Shown piece after piece: positions 9,731-20,521 of a stretch of 57,317 nt of DNA. The stretch is from Silvanigrellaceae bacterium. GTDB taxonomy: Bacteria; Bdellovibrionota_B; Oligoflexia; Silvanigrellales; CANGWC01. The stretch covers positions 1 through 57,317 of the forward strand of contig CANGWC010000002.1 of NCBI GenBank assembly GCA_947457515.1, read 5' to 3'. Every line of letters begins with the position of its first letter. Positions within the stretch are counted from its first letter, which is position 1. The translations under genes and the position numbers were made by a program. Under the pieces are notes generated by a model. The model was not told where the DNA came from. It searched no databases and saw only the letters and a program-made list of their open reading frames with translations.

Positions 9731-10129
9731 TTACCAAATATGGGCGAGGATTTCTCCTCCCGCCTTAAGATTACGAGCTTTATCATCGGTCATGACACCC
9801 TTAGGAGTAGACAATATAGCAACTCCTAAACCGCCAAACACAGGTTTAAGATCTTTAACTCCTGCGTAAACACGACATCCAGGCTTAGAAACTCTTTTGA
9901 GTCCATGAATCACTGATTGTCCTTGTGCCCGGTATTTTAAAGCAATTTTTATTTTACCTTGACCGTTGTCTCTTATCAGACGAAAGCCTTGAATAAAACC
10001 TTTTTCTTCTAATAATGAAACAACTTCAATTTTAAGACGGCTTGCTGGAACTTGAGCGTATCTAAGTTTTGCAATATTTGCATTACGAATTCTTGTGAGA
10101 AGATCTGCTATGGGGTCTGTACAATTCAT
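9731..10129 (-). CDS. rpsH: 30S ribosomal protein S8
   Basis: DPIADLLTRIRNA... Confidence 0.95.
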   Translation of the reverse strand: MNCTDPIADLLTRIRNANIAKLRYAQVPASRLKIEVVSLLEEKGFIQGFRLIRDNGQGKIKIALKYRAQGQSVIHGLKRVSKPGCRVYAGVKDLKPVFGGLGVAILSTPKGVMTDDKARNLKAGGEILAHIW

Positions 10130-10130
10130 A

Positions 10131-10316
10131 TTACCAACTTGCCTTAATCATACCTGGAATTTGACCACGGGATGCGTAAAGTCGAAGACAACATCGACAA
10201 ACACCAAAATCTCTATAGTAAGCTCTAGCTCTACCACAAACACTACAACGATTTTTTTTACGTGTAGAAAACTTGGGTTCTTTTAGAGCTTTATTTATTA
10301 AAGCAAGTCTAGCCAT
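10131..10316 (-). CDS. rpsN: 30S ribosomal protein S14, short zinc-ribbon (type Z) form
   Basis: 61 aa. CSVCGRARAYYRDFGVCRCC...W. Confidence 0.93.
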   Translation of the reverse strand: MARLALINKALKEPKFSTRKKNRCSVCGRARAYYRDFGVCRCCLRLYASRGQIPGMIKASW

Positions 10317-10335
10317 ATTTTATCTCATTCCTTTT

Positions 10336-10959
10336 TTATTTTCTGAAGGGTAAACCCATAAGTTTTAATAAACTATGTGCATCTTCATTATTATTTGATG
10401 AGGTCACAATAGATATACTTAAACCGCGAGTTTTGTCTACTTTATCTGCTTCTATTTCTGGAAAAATTAACTGCTCACGGACACCCATTGAGTAGTTACC
10501 CTTACCATCAAAACTATTATTAGATAGTCCTCGAAAATCTCTAATACGAGGTAAAGCTACTGAAACAAGTCGATCAAAGAACTCATACATGCGTTCTCTT
10601 CTCAATGTCACAAAAGCTCCAATAGGCATTCCTTCTCGAAGCTTAAATGTAGCTATAGATTTTTTAGCTCTAGATAACACAGCTTTTTGGCCTGTTATAA
10701 TTTCCAACTCAGTAGCAGCAGTTTCTATAAACTTAATGTTCTGAGTAGCCTCACCTTGACAAGTATTGACAACAACCTTGATCAATCTAGGTAATTCAGA
10801 GACATTTCTGTCCGGATACATTTTCTTAAGCTCCGGAAGAATAACGTCTTCATACTTTTGCTTGAGTCTATTAGCTTCAGTGTTTGTATGGTTACCTCTT
10901 TTGACTTCAACACCATAGTCAGAAGAGCCTTTTTTTGTAGTTTTAGGAGGCTTTGCCAT
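10336..10959 (-). CDS. rplE: 50S ribosomal protein L5 with about 30-aa basic N-terminal extension
   Basis: uL5 core starts at NRLKQKYEDVILPEL. Preceded by MAKPPKTTKKGSSDYGVEVKRGNHTNTEA. Confidence 0.93.
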   Translation of the reverse strand: MAKPPKTTKKGSSDYGVEVKRGNHTNTEANRLKQKYEDVILPELKKMYPDRNVSELPRLIKVVVNTCQGEATQNIKFIETAATELEIITGQKAVLSRAKKSIATFKLREGMPIGAFVTLRRERMYEFFDRLVSVALPRIRDFRGLSNNSFDGKGNYSMGVREQLIFPEIEADKVDKTRGLSISIVTSSNNNEDAHSLLKLMGLPFRK

Positions 10960-10961
10960 AA

Positions 10962-11339
10962 TTAAACAACCTCAGGAGCTAAGCTCATAATTTTTGAACA
11001 ATTTTTGAATCTTAATTCTCGTGCAATCGGTCCAAAGATTCGAGTACCTATAGGCTCTCTATCTGTTTTAACGATTTTTACAAGCACTGCAGCATTTTCT
11101 TGAAATCTAATTCGAGAACCATCTACTCGGGAGTATTCTTTAGTGCAACGAACAATCACTGCCTTATGAACTTCTCCTTTTTTGACTTTTCCACCAGGAA
11201 CAGCTTTACGAACAGATACAATAACAGTATCTCCGATACGACCGTACCTTTTGTACGAGCCACCTATAATACGAATTACATTCAACAACTTTGCACCGCT
11301 GTTATCTGCAACAGAAAGTATGGTTTCTTGTTGAATCAC
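10962..11339 (-). CDS. rplN: 50S ribosomal protein L14
   Basis: [17 protein letters not shown]... Confidence 0.96.
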   Translation of the reverse strand: MIQQETILSVADNSGAKLLNVIRIIGGSYKRYGRIGDTVIVSVRKAVPGGKVKKGEVHKAVIVRCTKEYSRVDGSRIRFQENAAVLVKIVKTDREPIGTRIFGPIARELRFKNCSKIMSLAPEVV

Positions 11340-11587
11340 GACACTTTATCCTTAAAAATGATTTCCCAAGATTTTGTCTTGGAATACTTACGACACTGCT
11401 TTATATCTACTTTTTGTCCGATATGCAATTTAAAATCGTGTGTATGCACGCGTAAATATTGAGAGCGTTTTATTCTTTTGTGATACAAAGGATGTTTAAC
11501 CATACCCTTAATTTCAACAAAAGCAGATTTTTGAGATTCATTAATAGAATCAATAATTCCTTGCTTAAGATGCGGAATAGATGTCAT
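11336..11587 (-). CDS. rpsQ: 30S ribosomal protein S17
   Basis: [21 protein letters not shown]...[20 protein letters not shown]. Confidence 0.92.
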   Translation of the reverse strand: MTSIPHLKQGIIDSINESQKSAFVEIKGMVKHPLYHKRIKRSQYLRVHTHDFKLHIGQKVDIKQCRKYSKTKSWEIIFKDKVS

Positions 11588-11751
11588 TTCTGTCCTCCAG
11601 ATTTTTTAGATATAGCTAACTCTCTACGGCACTTACGAAGTTCTCGTATAACATTTTGCTCATTTCCAGAAATCGCATTTTGATCTAATAGACACTTAAA
11701 ACGAACTAAGCTTTCGCTTAACTCTTTGATTTTAGCTTTTAATTCACTCAT
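11584..11751 (-). CDS. rpmC: 50S ribosomal protein L29
   Basis: Not in ORF track. Hand translation gives [59 protein letters not shown] overlaps with rplP upstream and rpsQ downstream. Canonical position. Confidence 0.85.
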   Translation of the reverse strand: MSELKAKIKELSESLVRFKCLLDQNAISGNEQNVIRELRKCRRELAISKKSGGQK

Positions 11752-12179
11752 ATAGTACTCCAAGATAGTTGTAATGCTCGATTCACAACTCTTGTTTTAA
11801 AAGGAAGCTTAGCTGCAGCTCTTTGAAAAGCTTCTTCGGCCAAAGTTCCTGTAACACCTTGCATTTCGAATATAATGCGGCCCACACGTATAGGACATAC
11901 CCATTTGTCTGGGGCTCCTTTACCTGAACCCATTCGAGTTTCTGCAGCTTTTTTGGTGATAGGTTTATCAGGAAATACTCTGATCCAAACTTTCCCACCT
12001 CTTTTAATATGACGAGTTAATGCAATTCTACTAGCCTCTAACTGTCTGGAATCTAGTTTACCTGGCTCTAAAGCTTGTAAAGCAAAATCACCAAAGGACA
12101 CAAAATTACCTTGTGTTGCATTTCCTTTAATTCGACCTTTATGTGACTTCCGAAATTTTGTTTTTTTAGGTGATAACAT
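11748..12179 (-). CDS. rplP: 50S ribosomal protein L16
   Basis: [19 protein letters not shown]... Confidence 0.96.
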   Translation of the reverse strand: MLSPKKTKFRKSHKGRIKGNATQGNFVSFGDFALQALEPGKLDSRQLEASRIALTRHIKRGGKVWIRVFPDKPITKKAAETRMGSGKGAPDKWVCPIRVGRIIFEMQGVTGTLAEEAFQRAAAKLPFKTRVVNRALQLSWSTI

Positions 12180-12184
12180 AATCT

Positions 12185-12871
12185 TTATTCCTCAGCACCA
12201 AGTTTGACTAAACGACTAGGTAATGCGACAGGAGCTTTGTTAAATACTTCTCCTCGAAATATCCAAACCTTAACTCCTATTTTTCCATAAGTTGTCATAG
12301 CCTCAACTACACCATAATCAATATCCGCACGAATTGTATGTAGAGGAACTCTCCCTTCTAAATACCACTCTGTACGAGCCATTTCCGCACCATTTAATCG
12401 CCCAGCAACACGAATCTTAATACCTTTAGCTCCACCTTTAAGTGATTGTTGAATCACTTTTTTCATGGCTCTACGAAAGGCAATTCTTTTTTCTAACTGT
12501 TGAGCTACCTGAGTGGCGCAAATATGAGCACTTAAGTCAGGTTGTTTAACCTCAAAAACATCCAATTTAAGAGTGAGTTGAGATGCTTTAACCATAGAAG
12601 CCACTTCTACTCTTAAGGCATCAATCCCTTTACCTTGCTTACCAATTATTTTTCCTGGTTTTGCGGAAAAAATCTTAAGATTAAGTGTTTTCGAGGTTCT
12701 TTCAATTTCAATTTTATCTATACCAGAATCACTGAATTTAGATTTAATATATTTTCTAATTTGCAGATCCTGTTTTAAATACATAGGAAAGAGTTTTTTA
12801 TTAAGCCATTGAGATTCCCAGAACTTATTAACTCCTAAACGAAAACCTATGGGGTGAACTTTCTGTCCCAT
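12185..12871 (-). CDS. rpsC: 30S ribosomal protein S3
   Basis: [13 protein letters not shown]... Confidence 0.96.
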   Translation of the reverse strand: MGQKVHPIGFRLGVNKFWESQWLNKKLFPMYLKQDLQIRKYIKSKFSDSGIDKIEIERTSKTLNLKIFSAKPGKIIGKQGKGIDALRVEVASMVKASQLTLKLDVFEVKQPDLSAHICATQVAQQLEKRIAFRRAMKKVIQQSLKGGAKGIKIRVAGRLNGAEMARTEWYLEGRVPLHTIRADIDYGVVEAMTTYGKIGVKVWIFRGEVFNKAPVALPSRLVKLGAEE

Positions 12872-12872
12872 T

Positions 12873-13253
12873 TTAAACCTCTTCCTTAGTCATTGATTGC
12901 TCTACTCTTTCGTTTATTACCCTTTTAATATATTCAAAACTGCTTAGCTGTACGGATATATGAGAAGTTTTTTTAAATATAGGAAACGCTCTTCCCTGAG
13001 CTCTCGGCATAAACTTCTTCCTCTTGGGACCTTCATTTATCGTTACTTCTCTTACCAAAATATCAGCTAACGGGTCATTAAATTGAGCCGCAGCGGACTT
13101 AAGGACTTTCATTAATGGTACTGATCCTGACCTTCGATTAACTTTAAGTATAGCTATAGCATGATCTACTGATTTACCTATAACTAATGGTCTCAAGAGG
13201 CGTGCCTTGCGAGATGAGCATTGAGCTCCGTAGTGAATTGCGTATCCAACCAT
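12873..13253 (-). CDS. rplV: 50S ribosomal protein L22
   Basis: SSRKARLLRPLVIGKSVDHAIAILK...; position between rpsS and rpsC. Confidence 0.92.
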   Translation of the reverse strand: MVGYAIHYGAQCSSRKARLLRPLVIGKSVDHAIAILKVNRRSGSVPLMKVLKSAAAQFNDPLADILVREVTINEGPKRKKFMPRAQGRAFPIFKKTSHISVQLSSFEYIKRVINERVEQSMTKEEV

Positions 13254-13262
13254 GATTTTTTC

Positions 13263-13535
13263 CTATTTTTTCGAGACTTTTTTGTCTGATCCATGCCCAT
13301 AAAAAGTGCGAGTAGGAGAAAACTCTCCTAACTTATGCCCAACCATATTCTCTGTAACATATACGGGAATAAATTTTTTACCGTTATGAACCGCAAAAGT
13401 TACTCCAACAAAATCAGGAATAATAGTTGATCTGCGACTCCAAGTTTTCACAACTTTGTGAGTTGTTTTAGCTGTTTGTGCATGGGCAAGAAGATGATTA
13501 TCAACAAATGCCCCTTTTTTTAAAGATCTCGTCAT
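13263..13535 (-). CDS. rpsS: 30S ribosomal protein S19
   Basis: [16 protein letters not shown]...[23 protein letters not shown]. Confidence 0.96.
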   Translation of the reverse strand: MTRSLKKGAFVDNHLLAHAQTAKTTHKVVKTWSRRSTIIPDFVGVTFAVHNGKKFIPVYVTENMVGHKLGEFSPTRTFYGHGSDKKVSKK

Positions 13536-13580
13536 TTTATAAAACTCCTTAAAGGATCAACTTTAAATACATTTTTCATT

Positions 13581-14411
13581 TTATTTTTTCCTAGAGGTTA
13601 ATATGAGTTTATCAACTCTCTTTTTTCTTCTTGTTTTAAAGCCTTTGGAAAGAACACCTGTAGGAGAACATGGGTGCCGTCCACCACTTGTCTTACCTTC
13701 TCCCCCACCCATTGGATGGTCTACAGGGTTCATGGCAACCCCTCTGACTGAAGGACGTTTTCCCATCCATCGATTTCTTCCTGCTTTTCCTAACGAAACA
13801 TTCATATGATCTGGATTAGAAACCATTCCGATGGTTGCATAGCAGTCTTCATCAATAAGACGGGTTTCACCTGAAGGGCTTTTTACTTGAACATAATCTT
13901 TAATTTTACCTACAAGAACACCATAAGCTCCTGCACTTCGTGCGATCTTAGCTCCTGCACCAGGTTTCATTTCAATGCTATGAATAGAAGTTCCTGCTGG
14001 GATTTTTCTTAAAGGCAAACTATTGCCAAGTTTAATATCTGCGTTTTCGGAATTAAGAATAGGAGTTCCTACTGTAACTCCTTGTGTTGCAAGCACATAA
14101 CTCTTATCACCATCTACGTATTGAACAAGAGAAATGAATGCCGATCGCACAGGATCGTATTCAACAGTCATTACAGTTCCTGGAACACTTTTTCTAGCAC
14201 GTTTCCAGTCCATAATACGATATTTTCTTTTAACTCCGCCACCTTTGTGTCTGACACAAATTTTACCAGAATGATTACGTCCGGCTTTTCGAGGTAATGC
14301 TTCTAATAATTGTTTACAAGGTTCTGAGGTAGTGAGTATTTTATTATAATCAATATAACTCTGAAATCTTGAAGTTGGGGTATAGGGTTTTCTTTGACGA
14401 ATAAGACTCAT
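13581..14411 (-). CDS. rplB: 50S ribosomal protein L2
   Basis: GRNHSGKICVRHKGGGVKRKYR...MNPVDHPMGGGEGK. Confidence 0.97.
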   Translation of the reverse strand: MSLIRQRKPYTPTSRFQSYIDYNKILTTSEPCKQLLEALPRKAGRNHSGKICVRHKGGGVKRKYRIMDWKRARKSVPGTVMTVEYDPVRSAFISLVQYVDGDKSYVLATQGVTVGTPILNSENADIKLGNSLPLRKIPAGTSIHSIEMKPGAGAKIARSAGAYGVLVGKIKDYVQVKSPSGETRLIDEDCYATIGMVSNPDHMNVSLGKAGRNRWMGKRPSVRGVAMNPVDHPMGGGEGKTSGGRHPCSPTGVLSKGFKTRRKKRVDKLILTSRKK

Positions 14412-14719
14412 GATTCACTCTTTGGAATAATAGACAACGAAAAATTAGGTTTAAGCCTAACAAAAGCTTTTTTGATACTTGGAGCAAGAATAGTTACAGG
14501 AGTAGGGGTATCCTTACTTCTTGATTTTCTGTAGGTGTGTCCCCTTTGAATAGAAGTATTCACTGACATGACTTGTACATTAAAACATGTTTCCACTGCT
14601 TTTTTGATTTCAGCCTTTGTCGAATCAAGATCTACACTAAAGGTGTAAACATTTTTAGCCATTTCGCTGTGTGACTTTTCAGTTAAGAGAGATTTCTTAA
14701 TCAGTTGTTCTAATTTCAT
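14408..14719 (-). CDS. rplW: 50S ribosomal protein L23
   Basis: Position plus LLTEKSHSEMAKNVYTFSVDLDSTKAEIKKAVE. Confidence 0.9.
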   Translation of the reverse strand: MKLEQLIKKSLLTEKSHSEMAKNVYTFSVDLDSTKAEIKKAVETCFNVQVMSVNTSIQRGHTYRKSRSKDTPTPVTILAPSIKKAFVRLKPNFSLSIIPKSES

Positions 14720-15372
14720 ACACTCAACCTTTTTTGAATAATATCTAAAGCCTCATTATTTAAAACTAAAGCTCTAGATTGAATAACATGTAAAGCATTT
14801 AATTGTTGAGGAGGCACTAACATTACGTTATCCAGATTCTTGATAGCATTAACATAAGTAGGACTCATATCACCAATAGAGACAAGAATCTTGCCTTTAA
14901 TACTTTCTGGTTCTCTAATTAAAGAAAATGCATCCTTAGTTCTTCCTGTTTGTAAGGAAGCAAAACTTGTTTCATAAACCAAGCCTAAATTCATTCTTTT
15001 GGATAAAATAATACCCAGAGCGACTTTAGCCATTTTAGGCAAAATAGCCTGGCGATGGTCTCTTGGTTTAGGTCCATGGGCAACACCCCCACCAACACAG
15101 ATAGGGCTGACAAATGAACCTCTACGGGCATTACCAGTCTTCTTTTGTTTGTATGGTTTTTTACCGGTAGACCTTACTTGGGCTCTTGTTTTAGTACAAG
15201 CAGTACCTTGTCTTTTATTTGCAAGGTAGGCCTTAACAACTTGCCAAAGAGTTCCTGTATTTCTACTTTCAAAAGGAACAAGCCATGAAACGTCTTTCAA
15301 AACATTTAAGGAAGAAGAGCTAGGCACTTTATGCGAGCTCTCTAAATTTTGGGGAGTTTCTTTATCAGACAC
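14716..15372 (-). CDS. rplD: 50S ribosomal protein L4
   Basis: KPYKQKKTGNARRGS..SPI.VGGGVAHGPKPRD. Confidence 0.93.
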   Translation of the reverse strand: MSDKETPQNLESSHKVPSSSSLNVLKDVSWLVPFESRNTGTLWQVVKAYLANKRQGTACTKTRAQVRSTGKKPYKQKKTGNARRGSFVSPICVGGGVAHGPKPRDHRQAILPKMAKVALGIILSKRMNLGLVYETSFASLQTGRTKDAFSLIREPESIKGKILVSIGDMSPTYVNAIKNLDNVMLVPPQQLNALHVIQSRALVLNNEALDIIQKRLSV

Positions 15373-15405
15373 AGTAAACCTCTAAATTACACTTAATAAA
15401 TATGT

Positions 15406-15960
15406 TCATGCCAAAGACACAAAAACATGGGATCCTGTAGGTCCAGGAACAGCTCCTAAAACACAGATATGACCTTGTTCAGGCTGTATATCCACAACTT
15501 TAAGATTTTTAACAGTGATTGTAACATCACCCATATGGCCAGGAAGACGTTTACCTTTAGGAGTTCTACCAGGCTCTGTTCTCATACCAACAGATCCAGG
15601 AGCTCGATGGAATCGGCTACCGTGACTAGCAGGACCACCACTAAACCCATGACGAGTCATGGCATCCTGAAAACCTTTTCCTTTAGATACACCTTGAGCA
15701 GATATTTTGCATCCTAAAACTATTTCTATCTGCGGTAGTGATTCATTGACTGCGAATTTGTCGTAATCAGGAACAATCCAACCTCTTGAAACCCTTGCTT
15801 TTTCACCATATGAAACCACAATCATCTTTCTATTTAGCTCAATAGATTCGTGCCGAACAATTTTGGTTGGTTCTGGTTTAAGAACTGTAACACTGAGAGC
15901 TTTACCTTGTTCATTAAACAAAGTTGTCATCCCGCATTTTTTATACATATATTTTATCAT
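15406..15960 (-). CDS. rplC: 50S ribosomal protein L3 (short, 184 aa)
   Basis: KKCGMTTLF...SKGKGFQDAMTRHGFSGGPASHGS.FHRAPGS.G. Confidence 0.92.
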   Translation of the reverse strand: MIKYMYKKCGMTTLFNEQGKALSVTVLKPEPTKIVRHESIELNRKMIVVSYGEKARVSRGWIVPDYDKFAVNESLPQIEIVLGCKISAQGVSKGKGFQDAMTRHGFSGGPASHGSRFHRAPGSVGMRTEPGRTPKGKRLPGHMGDVTITVKNLKVVDIQPEQGHICVLGAVPGPTGSHVFVSLA

Positions 15961-15969
15961 GTGCGTATC

Positions 15970-16275
15970 CTAGGAAAGATTAATTTCTACATCAACACCT
16001 GGAGAAAGATCTAATTTCATAAGAGCTTCTACCGTTTGTGGCTTGGCATCTAGAAGATCGATCAATCTGCGATGTGTACGGATTTCAAACTGCTCTCTGG
16101 ACTTTTTATCCACATGAGGAGATCTCAAAACCGTGTAACGGTTGATGATGGTTGGCATTGGAATAGGGCCTGCAATGCGGGCACCTGTGCCTTTCGCCTT
16201 TTGTACAATTTGAACAACATTTTGATCTAAAAGGGAAACATCGTAACTTTTTAAGCGTATTCGTATTTTCTGCAT
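15970..16275 (-). CDS. rpsJ: 30S ribosomal protein S10
   Basis: [11 protein letters not shown]...GPIPMPT...[26 protein letters not shown]. Confidence 0.96.
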   Translation of the reverse strand: MQKIRIRLKSYDVSLLDQNVVQIVQKAKGTGARIAGPIPMPTIINRYTVLRSPHVDKKSREQFEIRTHRRLIDLLDAKPQTVEALMKLDLSPGVDVEINLS

Positions 16276-16329
16276 TATATCGTCTCAAACAAAGAATTTA
16301 TGTTTATAGAAACACATCGCTAATGTCAA

Positions 16330-19300
16330 CTACCGAAAAGGGTGGTGGACAGAATGTGTTCCTTTAAGTCTGGCTGCTGTTTTGGGTGCTCCCGCCTCAA
16401 TAATGGCTTCCGCCTCTAAAGATTCACCCTCTACCTGCATATTCATCGTACGATATAGAGCTGTACCTGTTCCTGCGGGAATCAGACGGCCCATAATAAC
16501 GTTTTCTTTTAAGCCTCGGAGCTTATCCGTTCGATTAGACAAAGAAGCCTCTGTGAGAACCTTTGTCGTCTCCTGGAATGATGCTGCCGAAATAAAAGAT
16601 TCCGTAGAAGATGCTGCTCGAGCAATTCCAAGTAATAAAGATTCAGCAACTGCTGGAACCCCACCACGAGCAATCACTACGTCATTTTGTTCTTCAAACG
16701 TCCATTTCTCTACCTGCGCCATAGGTAAAAACTCTGTATCACCAGGGTCTTTAACTCGAACACGTCGTAGCATTTGTTTAACAATGACTTCAATGTGTTT
16801 ATCATCAATAGCCACACCTTGAAGTTTATAAACTGCTTGTATTTCTGTTACCAAATAAGCAGCTAGAGCCTTTTCTCCTAGAATCCTCAAGATATCATGG
16901 GGATTTAATGAACCATCTACGAGTGGTTCTCCAGCTCTAATGAAGTCTCCCTCAGTCACAACAACGTGTCTTCCCTTAGGAATAAGATATTCTCTTTCTT
17001 CACCTATTTCAGGTCGTACGGTAACTTTAGCCTTACCTTTAACATCAGATCCAAAATAAACATAACCATCAATTTCAGAGATGATTGCACAATTTCTACG
17101 CTTTTGAGCTAAGAATAATTCTGCAACCCTTGGTAATCCACCAGTAATATCTTTTGTTTTAGCTTGTTCTCTTGGAATTTTCGCTAAAATATCTCCTGGA
17201 CAAATTTCTGAATTATCAGCAAACATGACCGTGGCACCACTGGGTAAAGGATACCTTGCATCTCTTGTTTCAGTGATTTTAATCACTGCGCTATTTTTAT
17301 CCATGATTAAAAGTGCAGGTTTTATTTTTGCATCTTTATTTTCAATAATAACCCGACGAGTCAGTCCTGTGACTTCATCAATACGTTCTTCAACAGAAAT
17401 ACCTTCTATCAAATCTTGATAATGAATGGTTCCAGCGACTTCAGAAAGAATCACAACGGAGTGAGGATCCCATTCCACAATAGGAGTTCCTATTTTAACT
17501 TTTTGACCATCTTGAACAAAAATTCTGGCTCCGTAAGGAATAGAGAGTCGATCTCTTTCCAAACCATCAAGATCATAAACAATGATCTCTCCACTTCGCC
17601 CCATTGCAGTGAGATGTTCACCTCGGCTTTGCACAAAGTTAAGCGTAGAGAATTTTACTGAACCTTCTGTTTTAGACTCATGGGATGATTGCTGAACCTG
17701 TGTAGAAGCAGCTCCCCCTTGATGGAAGGTACGCATGGTTAACTGTGTACCTGGTTCACCAATAGATTGAGCGGCAATGACACCTACAGCTTCACCAATG
17801 TTAACAAGTTTCCCTGTAGCTAAGTCTCGTCCATAACATTTTGCACATACACCTCTTCGAGTACGGCAGGTCAGAACGGATCGAACATGAGCTCTATCTA
17901 TTTTAGCTTCTTCAAGTTTTTGAGCGATTTCTTCATTCACTTCTTGGTTTGCAAGAGCAATGATCTCTCCCGTAGATCTGTTTTTAACATCATAAAGAAG
18001 AGTTCTTCCCAGAATTCGATTACCTAATTTCTGGATAACTTCGCCACCTTCTACAATAGATGAAATTTCTAAACCATCTAAAGTCCCGCAATCATATTCA
18101 GAAATAACTGTATCTTGGGCAACATCCACTAATTGACGAGTTAAGTATCCGGAAGTTGCTGTTTTAAGAGCCGTATCCGCCAAACCTTTACGAGCACCGT
18201 GGGTGTTAATAAAGTATTGAAGCACAGTTAAGCCTTCTCGAAGGTTAGCTGTAATAGGTGTTTCAATAATCTCACCGGTTGCCTTTGCCATCAGACCACG
18301 CATGGCTGCTAGCTGTCTCATCTGAGTTTTACTACCTCGAGCTCCAGACTCCGCCATCATGAAAACAGAGTTGAAAGAATGGATTTGAGTCTTTTTACCT
18401 GTAGTAGGATCATCGACCATTTGGGTAGAAATTTCTTTAACCATATGATCAGCCAAGGCATCTTGGACTCTTGACCAAATATCAATAACCTTATTATGTC
18501 TCTCACCTTCTGTAATCAAACCTTCGGAGTATTGGTCTCTGACCTCTCTCACTTCTTGGTTAGCTTGATTAATAAGACTTGGTTTTTCTTTAGGAATGAC
18601 CATGTCTAAAACAGAAATGGAGATTCCAGATTCAGTGGCATATTTATAGCCCATTTCTCTGAGTGTATCTGCAAGGATAACTGTTTCCTTAGCTCCACAT
18701 AATCGATATGTCTCATTCACTAGAGATGCAATGCTCTTTTGATCTAAACATTTATTGTATTTCTCAAAGTAAGGAACAGCTTCAGGAATGATATCTCTTA
18801 AGAAACATCTTCCTACTGTTGTCTTAATCATTTGACCTTTGTATTTTACAGAGATCGGTGTGTGTAGCTCAATATATTCTTGCTGATGCGCGTGATAAAC
18901 CTCATCCAAATGAGAAAAAGATTTATTAGCACCTTTAGCCATAGGATTTTCTCGAGTGAGATAATAAAGACCTAAAACAATATCCTTACGTGGCTCTATA
19001 ATAGGATTACCATGCTGTGGAGATAAAATATTATTCGTAGACATCATTAAGACTCTAGCTTCAACCTGAGCTTCAAAACTTAATGGAACGTGAACACACA
19101 TTGTATCCCCGTCAAAGTCAGCATTAAATGCTTGACAGACTAAGGGATGTAATTGGATTGCTTTACCATCTACAAGAATAGGTTCAAACGCTTGAATCCC
19201 TAGCCTATGTAAAGTTGGTGCTCTATTCAATAAAACAGGATGTTCTTTAGTGATATCTTCTAGAAGATCCCAAACTTCAGGCCTATCTTTTTCTATAAAC

Positions 19301-20511
19301 TTCTTAGCGCTTTTTATAGTCGAAACATAACCACGTTCTTCCAATTTATTAAATAAAAATGGCTTGAACATTTCCAAGGCCATATGCTTAGGAAGACCAC
19401 ATTGATGTAACTTTAATTCAGGTCCAACAACAATCACTGAACGACCAGAATAATCCACTCGTTTTCCAAGAAGATTCTGTCTGAAACGTCCGCCTTTTCC
19501 TTTTAACATATCAGATAAAGATCGGAGAGGTCGTTTATTAGGTCCTGTAAAGGTTTTTCCACGTCTTCCATTATCAAAAAGAGCATCTACGGCTTCTTGA
19601 AGCATTCTTTTTTCATTACGAATAATGATGTCTGGAGCATTAAGTTCCATTAATCTTAAAAGTCGATTGTTTCTATTAATCACTCTTCTATAAAGATCAT
19701 TAAGATCTGAAGTTGCAAAACGTCCACCATCTAAGGGAACTAAAGGACGTAAATCTGGTGGTAATACAGGAATAACAGATAACATCATCCAATCAGGATG
19801 GTTATCACTAATGATAAATGAATTAACAACTTTAAGTCTTTTAATAATCTTCTTAGATAACGCTTCTGAGGAAGTGCTATTTAAAGCAGATTTAAGTTCT
19901 TCTGCTAATTCAACGATATCTATAGCTTGGAGTAATTCAAGTACGGCATCTGCACCAATACCCACTTTAAATGAACTATTACCAAATTCTTTGAATTTTT
20001 GTTGAATTTTTTCTTCAGGTACAAGTTCTAACTTTTTAAGGTCAGTTTCACCCGGATCCATAACAACAAAGGACTCACAATAGAGAATTTTTTCTAAATC
20101 TTTTAAAGAAAGATCGAGTAAACATCCAATGCGTGAAGGAAGACATTTAAGAAACCAAATATGCGCAACAGGGGAAGCTAAGTTAATATGACCTAGTCTT
20201 TCTCTTCGTACTTTACTTTCAATGACTTCAACGCCACATCTTTCACAGACAATGCCTTTGTATTTTTTTCTTTTATATTTACCGCAAATACACTCGTAAT
20301 CTCTTACAGGTCCAAATATCTTGGCACAGAAAAGACCATCTTTTTCAGGTTTAAATGTTCTGTAGTTGATGGTTTCTGGCTTTTTAACTTCACCAAAAGA
20401 CCAACCTCTAATACGTTCAGGAGAGGCCAAACCTATTTTTACCGCAGAAAAATCAAACGGATCGATAGGTTTTTCAAAAAGAGTTTGTGCCTGACGAAGA
20501 TATTCGTTCAT
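16330..20511 (-). CDS. rpoC: DNA-directed RNA polymerase beta-prime subunit
   Basis: 1393 aa. Zn motif CICGKYKR...CERCGVEV. Catalytic NADFDGD. Confidence 0.98.
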   Translation of the reverse strand: MNEYLRQAQTLFEKPIDPFDFSAVKIGLASPERIRGWSFGEVKKPETINYRTFKPEKDGLFCAKIFGPVRDYECICGKYKRKKYKGIVCERCGVEVIESKVRRERLGHINLASPVAHIWFLKCLPSRIGCLLDLSLKDLEKILYCESFVVMDPGETDLKKLELVPEEKIQQKFKEFGNSSFKVGIGADAVLELLQAIDIVELAEELKSALNSTSSEALSKKIIKRLKVVNSFIISDNHPDWMMLSVIPVLPPDLRPLVPLDGGRFATSDLNDLYRRVINRNNRLLRLMELNAPDIIIRNEKRMLQEAVDALFDNGRRGKTFTGPNKRPLRSLSDMLKGKGGRFRQNLLGKRVDYSGRSVIVVGPELKLHQCGLPKHMALEMFKPFLFNKLEERGYVSTIKSAKKFIEKDRPEVWDLLEDITKEHPVLLNRAPTLHRLGIQAFEPILVDGKAIQLHPLVCQAFNADFDGDTMCVHVPLSFEAQVEARVLMMSTNNILSPQHGNPIIEPRKDIVLGLYYLTRENPMAKGANKSFSHLDEVYHAHQQEYIELHTPISVKYKGQMIKTTVGRCFLRDIIPEAVPYFEKYNKCLDQKSIASLVNETYRLCGAKETVILADTLREMGYKYATESGISISVLDMVIPKEKPSLINQANQEVREVRDQYSEGLITEGERHNKVIDIWSRVQDALADHMVKEISTQMVDDPTTGKKTQIHSFNSVFMMAESGARGSKTQMRQLAAMRGLMAKATGEIIETPITANLREGLTVLQYFINTHGARKGLADTALKTATSGYLTRQLVDVAQDTVISEYDCGTLDGLEISSIVEGGEVIQKLGNRILGRTLLYDVKNRSTGEIIALANQEVNEEIAQKLEEAKIDRAHVRSVLTCRTRRGVCAKCYGRDLATGKLVNIGEAVGVIAAQSIGEPGTQLTMRTFHQGGAASTQVQQSSHESKTEGSVKFSTLNFVQSRGEHLTAMGRSGEIIVYDLDGLERDRLSIPYGARIFVQDGQKVKIGTPIVEWDPHSVVILSEVAGTIHYQDLIEGISVEERIDEVTGLTRRVIIENKDAKIKPALLIMDKNSAVIKITETRDARYPLPSGATVMFADNSEICPGDILAKIPREQAKTKDITGGLPRVAELFLAQKRRNCAIISEIDGYVYFGSDVKGKAKVTVRPEIGEEREYLIPKGRHVVVTEGDFIRAGEPLVDGSLNPHDILRILGEKALAAYLVTEIQAVYKLQGVAIDDKHIEVIVKQMLRRVRVKDPGDTEFLPMAQVEKWTFEEQNDVVIARGGVPAVAESLLLGIARAASSTESFISAASFQETTKVLTEASLSNRTDKLRGLKENVIMGRLIPAGTGTALYRTMNMQVEGESLEAEAIIEAGAPKTAARLKGTHSVHHPFR

Positions 20512-20521
20512 AATTTTTCCT

